64,000 nt of DNA from an uncultured Solirubrobacteraceae bacterium. GTDB taxonomy: Bacteria; Actinomycetota; Thermoleophilia; Solirubrobacterales; Solirubrobacteraceae. Positions 40,572 to 57,261 of the stretch are shown one piece after another; position 1 is the stretch's first letter; each line of letters begins with the position of its first letter. The DNA lies in NCBI GenBank assembly GCA_963756205.1, contig CAVWMU010000015.1, positions 16,192-80,191 of the forward strand, written 5' to 3'. Position numbers and translations under genes: made by a program. A model generated the notes under the pieces. It searched no databases and was not told the DNA's origin. It was given only the letters and a program-made list of their open reading frames with translations.

Positions 40572-41147
40572 ATGACCTCACGCCCACACGCCCGCCGCCT
40601 GGCCATCGCCCTCACGCTAGCCCTGTCGCTGGCGGTGTTCCTGGCGGCGCTGCTCGGCCCCGCCGAGACGCTCGCGCAGACGCACAAGCCCGCCTGTCAG
40701 AGCTCCCACGCCAAGAAGCACGGCGCCCGCGCGTGCACGCAGCCCTCGCACAAGGTCAAGGCGCAGATCCGCCACGCGGCCAAGCACCACGCCAAGCGCA
40801 CAACCAAGAAGACCCCCAAGGGCGGCGCTCCCGCCGCCCAGGCCGTCGCCGCCCAATGCGAAGACGGCAGCGCGCCCGTGCGAGCCGCCGACGGGTCCTT
40901 CTCCTGCGCCAACGGCTCTGAACCCCAGTGCGAAGACGGCGCCACCCCGACGCCCTCGCACAGCGGCAAGAGCCTGCTGTGCCCCGTCAGCGCCGAACAC
41001 GAAGCCAGCGCGGGCGAAACCGAATGCGAAGAAGAAGCGCTCGGCTGCACCCCCGGCTCTGACTCGGGCTCTGACTCGGGCTCCGGCGAACAGGCCTGCG
41101 AAGCGGTCAGCGAGAGCTCGAGCTTCGTCTGCGAAGCCGAAAGCTGA
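40572..41147 (+). CDS. Secreted Cys-rich hypothetical protein
   Basis: Signal peptide, Lys/His-rich segment, repeated CEDG/CANG units, acidic C-terminus with a 12-bp tandem duplication at 41055-41078. Confidence 0.65.
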   Translation: MTSRPHARRLAIALTLALSLAVFLAALLGPAETLAQTHKPACQSSHAKKHGARACTQPSHKVKAQIRHAAKHHAKRTTKKTPKGGAPAAQAVAAQCEDGSAPVRAADGSFSCANGSEPQCEDGATPTPSHSGKSLLCPVSAEHEASAGETECEEEALGCTPGSDSGSDSGSGEQACEAVSESSSFVCEAES

Positions 41148-41150
41148 CGC

Positions 41151-41777
41151 TCAGCGCGAGACGGCGAGGCCGCGCGTCGCAAGCGCCTCGTAGCTCGCGC
41201 CCTCGGGCGCCAGCCACGAGCGATACAGGACGATCGCCTCCGGCGTGAAGCTCAGCCGCGGCGTCGCCGGCAGCGGATGCTCGCGCGCGAGCCCGTCGGC
41301 GTGCGGGCGATCGGAGCGCGCGCGGCGGGCGCCGACCCGGCCGCGCACGCGCGCGAGCGTGATGTGGGGCCTGAAGCGCCGCCGCTCGGGCCGCCAGCCG
41401 CTCGCGCCCGCGAGCTCGCCGCTGAGGCGCTCCTGCACGCGCGCGAGCGCGCCGTCGCGATCGCGAACCTCCACCGCGAGCGCGTGCGGGCGCCGCGAGG
41501 GCAGCCACAGCGGCGCCCCCACCGACAGCTCGCACGCTTCCTCGGCGCCCGCGGCGAGCGTCGCCGCCAGCGCGTCGATCTCCCCCACCGGGCGGCTGCC
41601 CAGGAAGCACAGCGTCAGGTGCAGCGACTGCGCGTCGAGCAGCCGCAGCGACCCGCGCGCACCACCCGCCTCCCGCGCCGCCGCCCCGACGCCGCGGGCC
41701 CACTCGACGAGCTGCTCGCGCGCCGACGGCGGTGGCTCGACGGCCACGAACAGCCTCGCTGTGGCACCCCGGGACAT
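41151..41777 (-). CDS. thpR: RNA 2',3'-cyclic phosphodiesterase (2H family)
   Basis: [13 protein letters not shown] and PHITLAR (two HxT motifs). Confidence 0.9.
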   Translation of the reverse strand: MSRGATARLFVAVEPPPSAREQLVEWARGVGAAAREAGGARGSLRLLDAQSLHLTLCFLGSRPVGEIDALAATLAAGAEEACELSVGAPLWLPSRRPHALAVEVRDRDGALARVQERLSGELAGASGWRPERRRFRPHITLARVRGRVGARRARSDRPHADGLAREHPLPATPRLSFTPEAIVLYRSWLAPEGASYEALATRGLAVSR

Positions 41778-41842
41778 CGCTGCAGACGATGCTAGCGCCC
41801 CTCCGGCCCCTTCGTGGAGCGCTGCGCGCACGCCGCCGCAGG

Positions 41843-43154
41843 TCAGGAGTCGCTCAGCGCCCGGCGCACCAGGTGCAGCGCGACAGTCGTCGCGCGGTCG
41901 CGCACGTCGGCCCTGCCCCCGGGGAGGTTGACCTTGCGCGTGAGCCCGCCGCCGTCGAGCGAGACGCTCAGCCACACCAGCCCCACGGGCTTCTGCTCCG
42001 TGCCGCCGCCCGGGCCCGCCACACCGGTGATCCCCACGCCCACGTCCGCGCCCAGACGCGTGCGCGCGCCGTCCGCCAGCGCCCGCGCGACCTCCTCGGA
42101 GACAGCGCCGTGCGCCTCGATCAGCTCGCGCTGCACGCCCGCCTGGGAGACCTTGGCCTCGTTCGAGTACGCCACGATCCCCCCGCTGACGTAATCGGAG
42201 GCGCCCAGCCAGCTCCGTCAGCCGCGCCGCCAGCAGGCCGCCGGTGCACGACTCGGCGGTCGCGATCGTGCGGCGCGAACGCGACTCGTCTCCGCGCAGG
42301 AGCGCCGCCACCTGCTCGTCGATCGTGCTGCCGTCGCGCGAGAACAGCGTGTCGGCGTGGCGTGTCGCGACCACCTCCGCGAACGCGGCGTAGACGTCCT
42401 GCGCGTCGGGCTCGTAGCGGGTCACGATCTCCACCTCGCCGCGTTTCAGGCAGGTTGTGACCTCCAGGCGCTCGAGCGCCACTCCGTCGCGCTCGGCGAC
42501 GCGCAGCGTCTCGGCGATCTCCGACTCGGGGATCCCGAACAGCCGCAGCGTGTGCTGGCGATACACGGTCGCCTTCGCAAGCGCCGTTTGCAGCAGCTGC
42601 GTCTGCACCGCCTGACCCCACATCGGCCGCAGCTCGCGCGGCGGGCCCGGCAGCACGACGATCGTCGGCGCGTGGGCGGCTGCGGACCCGCCGTCAGCCG
42701 GCGCGACCACCAGGCCCGGCGCCGTGCCGACCGGCTCGAGCACGGTCGCGCCGCGGGGGACCGTCGCCTGCTTGCGGTTGGCCTGCGCGATCGCCTCCGG
42801 ATCGATGTTCGGCCAGCGTCTCATCAAGCGGCGCCACGATCTGCGCGATCCGCTCGGCGAGCGCCTCGTCGAGCACCATCTCGCGGCCCTGGAACCCGCC
42901 CACGACCTCCGCCGTCAGGTCGTCCGCCGTCGGCCCCAGCCCGCCGCTGGTCACGATCACGTCCAGCCCCCGCCCGGCCATGAACTCGAGCGCCGCCTGC
43001 GAATGTCCTGCGGGCGGTCGCCCACGATCGTCGTGTACGCGAGGTCGACCCCCAGCTCGCGCAGGCGCTCGGCCAGCCACGGCCCGTTGCGATCGCTGAC
43101 CCTGCCCGTCAGCACCTCGGTGCCGGTCACGACTATGCCGGCGCGCACGCTCAA
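41843..43154 (-). CDS. cinA: Competence/damage-inducible protein A, frameshifted
   Basis: [48 protein letters not shown]. Confidence 0.93.
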
Positions 43155-43161
43155 AGCACGC

Positions 43162-43971
43162 TCACGTGCACGTCGGCAGCTGACCGGCCGCCAGCGGGCG
43201 GCGACCGTAGGCCTTGGTGATCGAGTAGCCGATCGCCTGGCTGGAGGGCGGCACGGTCCGCGGGATGCCGTCGACGAACATCGTCACCGAGCTGTTGCCC
43301 AGGGTGAGCTCAAAGCGCCTTGCATGGTAGGTGGGCGTCGTTTCGCCGGGCTGCAGCTCGAGCCCCGGGATCACCTTGCGCCCATCGTCGCCGACCAGGC
43401 ACACGTACACGACCGCGTGCGCCCGCAGCGACAGCGCGACCAGTCCGGAGGCGACCGCGTGGCGGTGCGTGCCTGTCGTGCTCGAGTGCTTGGAGCCCGC
43501 GCCCGCGCCGTGCTTGGTGACGCCGGTCGTGGTGGCGGTCGTGCTCGACGGCGAGCCGCCTCCGGAGATCAGCAGCACGATCAGCACCACGATCACCAGG
43601 CCGATCGCGCCGACGGCGATCACGAAGCCGCGCGAGGACCCGCCGCCGGGCTTCTGGCGCCCACCCGGCCCCGAGCGGGCGCGCGCGCTCGTGCGCCGGG
43701 GCGTGGAGACGATCGGCTCGAGCATCGCCTCGCTCGGGCGCTCGTGGTGCAGCCGATACTCCTCCAAGAGCGCCTTCGAGTCGAGGTCGAGCGCCTGCGC
43801 GTAAGTGCGCAGGAAGCTCTTGACGAACGTCGGACCGGGCAGCAGCCCCCACTCTTCGTTCTCCAGCGCCCGCAGGTACTTCGCGCGGATCTTCGTCTTG
43901 GCCTCGATCTCGGACACGTCTATGCGCGCGCGCATACGCGCCTCGCGTAGCGTTGCTCCGATCTCGGGCAT
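43162..43971 (-). CDS. RodZ-like HTH membrane protein
   Basis: IGATLREAR…[12 protein letters not shown]…FLRTYA, TM helix, DUF4115-like C-terminus; typical ftsK-rodZ-cinA synteny. Confidence 0.85.
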   Translation of the reverse strand: MPEIGATLREARMRARIDVSEIEAKTKIRAKYLRALENEEWGLLPGPTFVKSFLRTYAQALDLDSKALLEEYRLHHERPSEAMLEPIVSTPRRTSARARSGPGGRQKPGGGSSRGFVIAVGAIGLVIVVLIVLLISGGGSPSSTTATTTGVTKHGAGAGSKHSSTTGTHRHAVASGLVALSLRAHAVVYVCLVGDDGRKVIPGLELQPGETTPTYHARRFELTLGNSSVTMFVDGIPRTVPPSSQAIGYSITKAYGRRPLAAGQLPTCT

Positions 43972-43984
43972 CTCAGCCAAGAGG

Positions 43985-46523
43985 CTAGTCGCTGAGGGCC
44001 GCGGCGGACTCCGTGGGTGAGGATTCCAGTGCCGCGAGCACCCGCGGCAGGTCGGCCTCGGTGATCAGCACCTGTCTCGGCTTGGAGCCTTCATAGCCGG
44101 AGATCACCCCCCTGCGCTCGAGCATGTCGATCATGCGCCCCGCGCGCGTGTAGCCCAGGCGCAGGCGCCGCTGGAGCATCGAGGTCGACGCGGTCTGCAT
44201 TTCGGCGACCAGCCTGATCGCGTCGGCGAGCAGCGGATCCTCGTCGGGGTCGAACTCGTCGGCGCGCGCCCTCCGGAGTCTCGGGCTCGACCTCCTCGAG
44301 CAGCTCCTCGCGCAGCTCCGGCTCGCCCTGGCGGCGCCAGCCCTCGGTCAGCTTGGCGATCTGCGACTCGTCGATGTAGGCGCCCTGGATGCGCTGCAGG
44401 CGCGATGAGCCGACGGGGCTGAACAGCATGTCGCCCTGCCCGAGCAGCGACTCGGCGCCGTTCTGGTCGAGGATCACGCGCGAGTCGGTCTGCGAGGAGA
44501 CCGAGAAGGCGATGCGCGAGGGCACGTTCGCCTTGATCATCCCCGTGATCACGTCCACGCGCGGGCTCTGCGTGGCGAGCACCAGGTGGATGCCGACGGC
44601 GCGCGCCTTCTGCGCCAGGCGGATGATCGAGTCCTCGACGTCGGCGGGCGCCACCATCATCAGGTCGGCGAGCTCGTCGATCACGCACAGGATGTAGGGC
44701 AGCGGCGCTTCGCCGCGCTTGGCGCGCGCCTTGTTGAGCTCCACCAGGCTGCGCGTGCGCGCCAGCGACATGATCCCGTAGCGCTGCTCCATCTCCTTGA
44801 CGAGGTTCTGCAGCGCGTTGGCCGCCATCCGCGGGCTGGTGATCACGGGCGTCAGCAGGTGCGGGATCGACTCGTAGTGGTTCAGCTCCACCTGCTTGGG
44901 GTCGACCAGCACGAGGCGCACCTCATGCGGCGTGGCGCGCAGCAGGATGCTCGACAGCATCGCGTTGATCGCGCCCGACTTGCCCGCGCCGGTGGTACCC
45001 GCGACGAGGATGTGCGGCATCTTCGCGAGGTCCGCGCCGATCGCCTTGCCGGCGACGTCCTTGCCGAGCCACACCGTCAGCGGCGACCAGTCCTTGGGCG
45101 GCTCTTGGAAGACGTCGCCCAGGCGCACGATCTTGCGGTGCACGTTCGGAACCTCGACCCCCACCGCCTGCTTGCCGGGGATCGGCGCGAGGATGCGGAT
45201 GTCGGTCGCGGCAAGCGCGTAGGCGAGGTCGTCCTTGAGCTGGGCGACCTTGCCGACCTTGATGCCGGGCGCGAGGCGCAGCTCGTAGCGCGTGATGTGC
45301 GGGCCGGCGACGGTGCCGATGACCTTCGCCTGCACGCCGAAGTGCCCGAGCGCCTCCACCAGGTTGGTGGCGGTGCGCTCCTGCCCGGCGGTGTCCGGGC
45401 GCGTCTGCTCGGCGCTCGAGCGCGTCAGCAGCCTGGCGGGATCGGGCAGCTCCCACACGAAGTCCGGGTCGTCGGTCACCGCACCCCTGAGCCGGCCCTG
45501 CGGGGTCAGCTGGTCCTCGCTCACCCCACCCGCATCGGCGTGCGCGACGCCCGCGACCTGCTCGTCCTCCTCGCCCGCATGGTCGTCGACCGCGGCCGGC
45601 CCCTCGACAGCGTCGAGATCCTCACCGGCCGGCGTCGGCTGCTCCTCCTCGTCCCAGTCGTGCGAGGGCGCCTCGACGTGCGTGGCGCGCACGATCAGCT
45701 CCCGCGCACTGGGCTCGGGCGGCGTGAGCGACGCCGGCGCGTCCAGCTCGTCCTCGATGACGCCGGCCGCGCGCCGGCGGCCGGCGCGGGACTCCGGCTC
45801 GGGCTTGCGCAGCCGGCGCACCATCCGCGTGGTGTCGGCGACGCCGCTGCCGGTCGCGCGGATCACGCTCGCGATCGAAGCGCCCGTCAGCAGGATCACC
45901 CCGGTGAGCAGCAGGAAGACGACGAGGATGTCAACGCCCACGTTCTGGACCAGTCGATGGGTGAGCTGGTAGAGCGCCTCGCCGGCCACGCCCCCGTGCG
46001 TCTGCAGATGCGCCGAGCTCCACACGCGCGAACCGCCCGCCGGCCCGGAGCTCAGCCCGAACATGCCGGCTGCGAGCGCGAGCGTCACCGCCGCGAACAC
46101 GCACAATGCGCCGGTGCGCAGCGGCCGCAGCGCGGGCAGCACCGGGCGCAGCAGCAGCGCGCCACCGCCGACCACGAGCGCCACCGGCGTGAGCACCCGC
46201 GCGCGCCCGAGCGTCCAGCCGAGCGCCACCGCCAGGCCATGCCCGGCGCGTCCGCCGTTCCAGCCTCCATAGAGGACGAAGCCCATGAACACGCCGGCCG
46301 CCACCAGCGCGAGACCGAGCACGTCGCGCTCGCGCTGGTCGAGCACCGGGAAGCGCGGCAGCCCGCCCGGCAGCAGCGAGGCGAGGCTTGGAAGCTGGCG
46401 GCCGCGGCCCCGCCGGCGCGTCGAGCGCGCGCCGGTGCCCGAACGGGCGCGCGCGGGCGCGCCGCGTCGAGCGCTCGACGACGATCGAGGGCGGCTGGGG
46501 GCGCGCCTGCCTGTGGGGGCCAT
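43985..46523 (-). CDS. ftsK: DNA translocase FtsK, frameshifted near 44270
   Basis: N-terminal TMs, [24 protein letters not shown], gamma domain [17 protein letters not shown]. Confidence 0.96.
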
Positions 46524-46606
46524 CCCGCGCAACTTCGACGCCAGCGGCCCGGAACCTGCCTCGTGGTCTTACCATCGCTTTACACGCGCCCATTTACATA
46601 AAGACC

Positions 46607-47294
46607 ATGAACGACTTCTCCCGCGCACCACGCGTCCTCGTGGTCGAGGACGACGAGGACATCGCCCAGGCGCTCCAGCGCTCGCTGCGCATGGAGGGAT
46701 ACGAGGTGCGCACGGCAGCCGACGGGCAGGCGGCGCTCGAGCAGGGGCACGCGTTCGCGCCCGACCTCGTGATCCTCGACCTCGGGCCTGCCCAAGCTAG
46801 ACGGCGTCGAGGTCGCGCGCGAGCTGCGCGCGGACGACGACGTGCCGATCCTGATCCTGACCGCGCGCGATGCGCTGGAGTCGCGCGTGGAGGGGCTCGA
46901 CGCGGGCGCCGACGACTACCTGGTCAAGCCGTTCGAGCGCCAGGAGCTGCTCGCGCGCATGCGCGCGCTGCTGCGCCGCCGCCCGCCACGCGGCTCGGCG
47001 CCGCTGCGCGTCGGCGACCTCACGCTGAACGCCGACACGCACGAGGTCGTGCGCGGCGAGCGCACGATCGAGCTGACCCAGCGCGAGTTCGAGCTGCTGG
47101 AGTACCTGATGCGCAACGAGCGCATCGTGATCTCGCGCCAGCGCCTGCTCGACGAGGTGTGGGGCTATGACCCGTTCTCGACCACGAACACGATCGAGGT
47201 GTTCGTCTCCAACCTGCGCCGCAAGCTGGAGGCCGACGGCGAGCCCCGTCTCCTGCACACGATCAGGGGAGCCGGCTACGTCCTCCGCGCTTAG
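46607..47294 (+). CDS. OmpR-family response regulator (MprA-like), frameshifted near 46785
   Basis: VLVVEDD, LILTARD, GADDYLVKPF, VWGYD, TIRGAGY. Confidence 0.92.
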
Positions 47295-48747
47295 GCTGCC
47301 CGCCTCCCTGCGCAGCGCCGGCGCGCGCGTCTCCGCGAGCTTCGACCGGCTGCCGATCCGCACGCGCCTGGCGGGCGTCTCGGCGCTGCTGACATTCGTG
47401 ATCCTGTGCGCGTTCGCGCTGGCGATCGGCTCGCTGACGGTGCAGCGGATCCGCGCCAACTTCAACAACGAGGTGCTGGAGGTCGCCGAACGGCTCCCCT
47501 CGCAGCTGCAGGTCACGGTGTATCCGCTGGAATTCAAGACGCCGCTGAGCGAGTTCACCGACAACCACGCCGTCATCAGGGTCTTCACGCAGGGGGGAGT
47601 GCTGGTCGCACAGACGCCCGGCGCGCCCCGCCTGGGCCCGCCGCGCGCGAACCCGGTCACGGTCGACAACTACCGCGTCATCAGCCGCCCGGTGCCGGTG
47701 TTCCGCGACGGCCAGATCTGGGGCTACCTGTACATCCAGTACGGCCGGCCGGTGGGCCCGACGGAGGCGACGGTCAAGCGCGTGGAGCTGTTCCTGGTGC
47801 TGGGCGTGCTCGCCGGCAGCCTGCTGGCGCTGCTGGCGGGCATGGCGATCGCGCGCCGGGCGATGGCGCCGATCGCGGCGCTCACCTCCACGGCCGCGGA
47901 GATCGCGCGCACCCGCGATCCCTCCCGCGGCGTCCCCGAGCCCCACGCTGAGGACGAGGTCGCGGAGCTCGCCCGCACGCTGCAGGGCATGCTGCGCGAG
48001 CTGGACGCTGCCCGTGCGGAGACCGAGTCGATGCTCGCCCGCCAGCGCCGGTTCGTGGCGGACGCCTCGCACGAGCTGCGCACGCCGCTGACGAGCGTGC
48101 TCGCCAACCTCGAGCTGCTCGCCGAGTCGCTGCACGGCGAGCAGGGCGAAGCGGCGAGCTCGGCGCTGCGCTCCTCCCAGCGCATGCGCCGGCTGGTCGC
48201 CGACCTGCTGCTGCTGGCGCGCACGGACGCCGCGCGGGTGGTCGCGCACGAGCCGTGCGATCTCGCGCAGATCGTTATCGAGGCGGCCGCCGAGCTGGGG
48301 CCTGTGAGCGACGCGCACGAGATCTCGCTCGACATCAACCCCGCCAAGGTGATGGGCGCCCGCGACGAGCTGCACCGGATGACGATCAACCTGCTCGAGA
48401 ACGCGCTGCGCCACACGCCGCCCGGCACCGCGATCCGCGTGTCGGTGCTGACGCGCCCCGACGGCAAGGCGCAGCTGGTGGTCGAAGACGACGGCCCGGG
48501 CGTGCCGCCCGAGCTAGCGCCCACCCTGTTCGAGCGCTTCGTGCGCGGCGCGGGAGACCGCGGCGGCTCGTTCGGCCTGGGCCTCGCGATCGTGCAGGCG
48601 GTCGCCAGCTCCCATGGCGGCAACGTCACGCTCGACCCCGCCCCGAGCGCCAAGGGAGCGCGCTTCGTCGTGACGATGCCCGCCTACTCAGACCTCGACG
48701 ACGACCGGCAGCACCATCGGCCGTCGCTTGAGACGGTCATAGACTAG
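47281..48747 (+). CDS. HAMP-domain sensor histidine kinase (MprB-like; start uncertain)
   Basis: Two TMs, HAMP, ASHELRTPL H-box, NLLENA, DDGPG, GLGLAI. Confidence 0.92.
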   Translation, partial: SSALRLPASLRSAGARVSASFDRLPIRTRLAGVSALLTFVILCAFALAIGSLTVQRIRANFNNEVLEVAERLPSQLQVTVYPLEFKTPLSEFTDNHAVIRVFTQGGVLVAQTPGAPRLGPPRANPVTVDNYRVISRPVPVFRDGQIWGYLYIQYGRPVGPTEATVKRVELFLVLGVLAGSLLALLAGMAIARRAMAPIAALTSTAAEIARTRDPSRGVPEPHAEDEVAELARTLQGMLRELDAARAETESMLARQRRFVADASHELRTPLTSVLANLELLAESLHGEQGEAASSALRSSQRMRRLVADLLLLARTDAARVVAHEPCDLAQIVIEAAAELGPVSDAHEISLDINPAKVMGARDELHRMTINLLENALRHTPPGTAIRVSVLTRPDGKAQLVVEDDGPGVPPELAPTLFERFVRGAGDRGGSFGLGLAIVQAVASSHGGNVTLDPAPSAKGARFVVTMPAYSDLDDDRQHHRPSLETVID

Positions 48748-50356
48748 CTTCGCCAGGTCGTCGTGCAACGCCTGCTGGAGCAGGTCGACCTCGCGGATTT
48801 CCTCGCCCGCGGCGCGGTCGAGCGTCTGCTCGACGGTCAGCCTGATCTCCTCCACCAGCTCGTCCGCCTCGTCGAGGAACGGGACGCCGCGGAAGATCAC
48901 CTCGGGGTCGGCGACCGAGCTGCCGTCCTGCTCGGCGATCGTGACGACCACGATGAAGATGCCGTCGGCCGAGAGCATGCGCCGGTCGCGCAGCGCCACG
49001 TCGGCCATGTCGCCGATCTCGACGCCGTCGACGAAGATCATGCCAGCCTGCTCGCGCTCGACGAAGCGCGCTCCCCGCTCGTCGAGCTCCAGCGGCAACC
49101 CGTTGTCGCCCTGGAAGATGTCGCGCGCCGGCACGCCCACGGCCTCGGCGAGCTGGGCGTGCAGGCGCAGCCGCTTGAAGTCGCCGTGGAAGGGCATCAC
49201 GTAGCGGGGCTTGACGAGGTTGAGCATCAGCTTGACCTCCTCCGCGTAGCCGTGCCCGGAGGCGTGCACGGGCGCCTCGCTGCGGTGTGATCACATCGCA
49301 GCCGATGTGGTAGAGGCGGTCGATCGTCTCGTTGACGGCACGCTCGTTGCCGGGGACCGGCGTGGCGGAGAACACGACCGTGTCGCCCTCCTTGAGCTCG
49401 ACCTGCGGGTGGTCGCGATGGGCCATCCGCCGCAGCGCCGAGAGCGGCTCGCCCTGTGAGCCGGTCGAGACGATCACGACCCGCTCGTCGGGGAAGTCGC
49501 CGATCTCGCGCGCTCCCACCAGCGTCCCCTCGGGGATGTCGATGTGGCCGAGCGTGCGCCCGATGCCGACGTTCTTGCGCATCGAGCGACCGACCAGCGC
49601 CACCTTGCGGTCGAGCGCATACGCCGCGTCGACGACCTGCTGCACGCGATGGATGTTCGACGCGAAGCTCGTCACCACGATCCGCCCCTCGCAGCGGGCG
49701 AACACCTCCTCCAGGTGCGGCCCGACGACCGACTCCGACGGCGAGAAGCCGGGGCGATCGACGTTGGTGGAGTCCCCGCACAGCAGCAGCACGCCCTCGC
49801 GGCCGAGCTCGGCCAGGCGCGAGACGTCCGCCGGCGGCCCGTCGACGGGTGTCTGGTCGAACTTGTAGTCGCCGGTGATCAGCACCGTGCCGAGGTCGGT
49901 GCCGAGCGCGACGGCGCTCGAGTCGGGGATCGAGTGCGTCATGTGCACCAGCTCGAGCGAGAACGGCCCGAGCTCGAGCGTCTCCCCCGGATCGACCTCG
50001 TTGAGCTCGACGTCACGCAGCTTGTGCTCATCGAGCTTGGAGCGCGCCATCGCGACCGTCAGCGCGCCGGCGTAGACGGGCGGAAGGGCCTGCTTGCCGA
50101 GCTCGCGCAGGACCCACGGCAGCGCTCCGAGGTGGTCCTCGTGGCCGTGCGTGATGACGATCGCCTCGATGTCGCGGGCGCGCTCGCGCATGTAGGAGAA
50201 GTCGGGCAGCACGAGGTCGATGCCGACCATCTCGGGCGTCGGGAAGCGCAGACCGACGTCGACGACGATGATCCGCCCGTCGTACTCGACGACGGTCATG
50301 TTCTTGCCTATCTCCCCGAGGCCGCCGAGGGGCAGGACGCGCAGCTTTGAGCTCAC
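48688..50356 (-). CDS. rnj: Ribonuclease J, frameshifted near 49280
   Basis: LPLGGLGEIGKNM, THGHEDH, GDYKFD, TGSQGEP, HASGH, RRPMVLPVV. Confidence 0.95.
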
Positions 50357-51220
50357 GCGGGTGCGCTCGTCGAGCAGCCCGTGGCGTTCGAGCATCGCTC
50401 TGACGTCCTCGAGCTCCTCGGCGGTGGCCTCCACGAGCGGCAGGCGCAGGCCGCCGACGTCGTGGCCGAGCAGGTTCAGCGCCGCCTTCGTGCAGGTCGG
50501 GCTGGAAGTCAGGAACAGCGTCTTGTAGACGTCGCGAAGGGACGCGTCGATCTCGGCGCGGTGCTCGGGCTCGTCGACCATGCGGCGCATCTCGTTTCCG
50601 ACGATGTGGCTCGCGACGAGGATGCCGCCCGCGCCGCCCATGTCGAGCGTCCGCGCGAACGTGGCGTCGTCGCCGGCGTAGAGGTCCAGGCCGTCGATCA
50701 GCTGCAGCTCCTCGGCGTTGGCCTGCTTGACGCCCACGATCCCGTGGATCTGCGCGAGCTCGGCCAGCAGGTCGGGGGGCATGTTCGTGGCGGTGCGCCC
50801 GGGGATGTTGTAGAGCAGCATCGGCCTGTCGGTGGCGGCGGCCACCGCTTCGTAGTGGCGACGCAGCCCAAGGCGGCTCGGCTTGTTGTAGTACGGCGTC
50901 ACCGACAGCGTCGCGTCGACGCCCAGCTCGGTGGCGCGTTCGGTCAGGTGGACCGCCTGGCGCGTGTCGTTGGTGCCGGTGCCGGCCACGATCGTCTTCC
51001 CCGGCGGGCGCTCGGCGACCGCGAGCTCGATCAGCCCGAGCTGCTCGGCGTCGGTCATCGTCGATGCCTCGCCCGTCGTCCCGGCGACCACGAACCCGTC
51101 CGAGCCGTTATCGGCGAGGTGGCGCATGAGCGCCACGAACGACTCCTCGTTGACGCGCAGCTGCTCGTCGAACGGGGTGACGATCGCCGTCAGGATCGTG
51201 CCGAGATCGGGGCCGTACAT
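50353..51220 (-). CDS. dapA: 4-hydroxy-tetrahydrodipicolinate synthase
   Basis: TAIVTPF, GTTGE, TPYYNKP, LYNIPGRT, GVKQA; stop apparently lost to an indel (TGA at 50353-50355 is out of frame). Confidence 0.93.
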
Positions 51221-51273
51221 GGCGAGCAGTATCTCACGAAGATCAATGCAGTCCGGTCGTTAGTCTGCCCTCG

Positions 51274-53901
<2,628 letters not shown>

Positions 53902-53918
53902 CAGCGCGGCTCGGCGCG

Positions 53919-56284
<2,366 letters not shown>

Positions 56285-56449
56285 ATTCACTGCCTTCCTG
56301 CTCCGCCCGTCGGTCGGCGGATCCGTTTTCTTTTACTCTTTATCCGAACGCACGAGAGCTTAGCGGAGTGCCGAGCTGCCCCTCGAGAACGAGGCGCGCT
56401 GCAGAACGTGGCAATGTGCCGCAGGGCTGAGCGAGGCGCCGGCCGCGGC

Positions 56450-56925
56450 AAGGCCATCGTCGCAGGAGCTCTGAGGCCGCCGCGGATCAGCTCGCCGGGG
56501 GCAGATCGGCCGGCGAGGGCGACTGATAGCTCCAGCGAACGATGCCGTCGGGGCCGATGATCACAAGTGCGCGCTGCGGGAAGCCGCCCGCGATGGAGCA
56601 CCCCGAAGGCGGCGCAGGCGGCGCCCTTCGGCTCGAAGTCCGACAGCTGCGCGCTGCTCACGCCGAGCTTCTCTCGAAACGCCTTCTGCGCCCAGCTGGA
56701 GTCGCAGGAGACGCCGTATAGAGCGTCTCCGCGCCCTGGGCCAGCTCGCGGCGCACGTCCTCGTACAGCTGCAGCTGGTCGGTGCACACGGGGCTGAATG
56801 CGAACGGGTAGAACACGAGCACGCTCGTGCGGCCCTGCAGGTCCTGCTCGGTGAAGCTCTCGCCGTCCGCGCGCGCCGAGCTTGAAGCTCGGCGCGGGGG
56901 TGCCTGCGGCGGCGATCACCGACAT
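56450..56925 (-). CDS. Peroxiredoxin/redoxin (AhpE-like), frameshifted, 3' end approximate
   Basis: VFYPFAFSPVCTDQL, GVSCDS, LSDFEPKG. Confidence 0.8.
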
Positions 56926-56934
56926 CGCGCCGGT

Positions 56935-57207
56935 CTACTTCCGTAGGCCGAGCTCTTTGATCAGCGCGCGGTAGCCCTCGAGGTCGTGGCGCTGCAGGTA
57001 GTCGAGGAAGCGCCGGCGGCGCCCGACGAGCATCAGCAGGCCGCGGCGCGAGTGGTGGTCTTTGTCCTGCTCGCGCAGGTGTTCGGTCAGGTGGTTGATG
57101 CGCTCTGTCAGCAGCGCGATCTGGACCTTGGTGTTGCCCGTGTCCTGCTCGCCGGCGCCGAACTTGGCGGCGATCTCGCGCTTGCGCTCGGATGTGATTG
57201 CTGCCAT
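56935..57207 (-). CDS. rpsO: 30S ribosomal protein S15
   Basis: DTG…VQIALLT…HL…[14 protein letters not shown]…LGLRK. Confidence 0.98.
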   Translation of the reverse strand: MAAITSERKREIAAKFGAGEQDTGNTKVQIALLTERINHLTEHLREQDKDHHSRRGLLMLVGRRRRFLDYLQRHDLEGYRALIKELGLRK

Positions 57208-57261
57208 AGGCGAGGCACCGTAGCAGACGCGGGCCGAGCAGCCAGGGCCGCGGGACGCAAT

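Noticed and set aside
41151-42827. CinA-ThpR fusion ORF
   Set aside because: The CinA C-terminus with its own stop lies in another frame (41843-42175); artefact of a frameshift near 42205.
48688-48747. 60-bp convergent overlap of kinase and rnj 3' ends (also 31019-31063)
   Set aside because: Short tail-to-tail overlaps are common in compact GC-rich genomes; no further signal seen.
48737-51220. Apparent DapA-RNase J fusion (827-aa ORF)
   Set aside because: An out-of-frame TGA overlaps the rnj GTG start (GTGA at 50353-50356), the usual coupling. One indel explains the read-through in an error-rich region.
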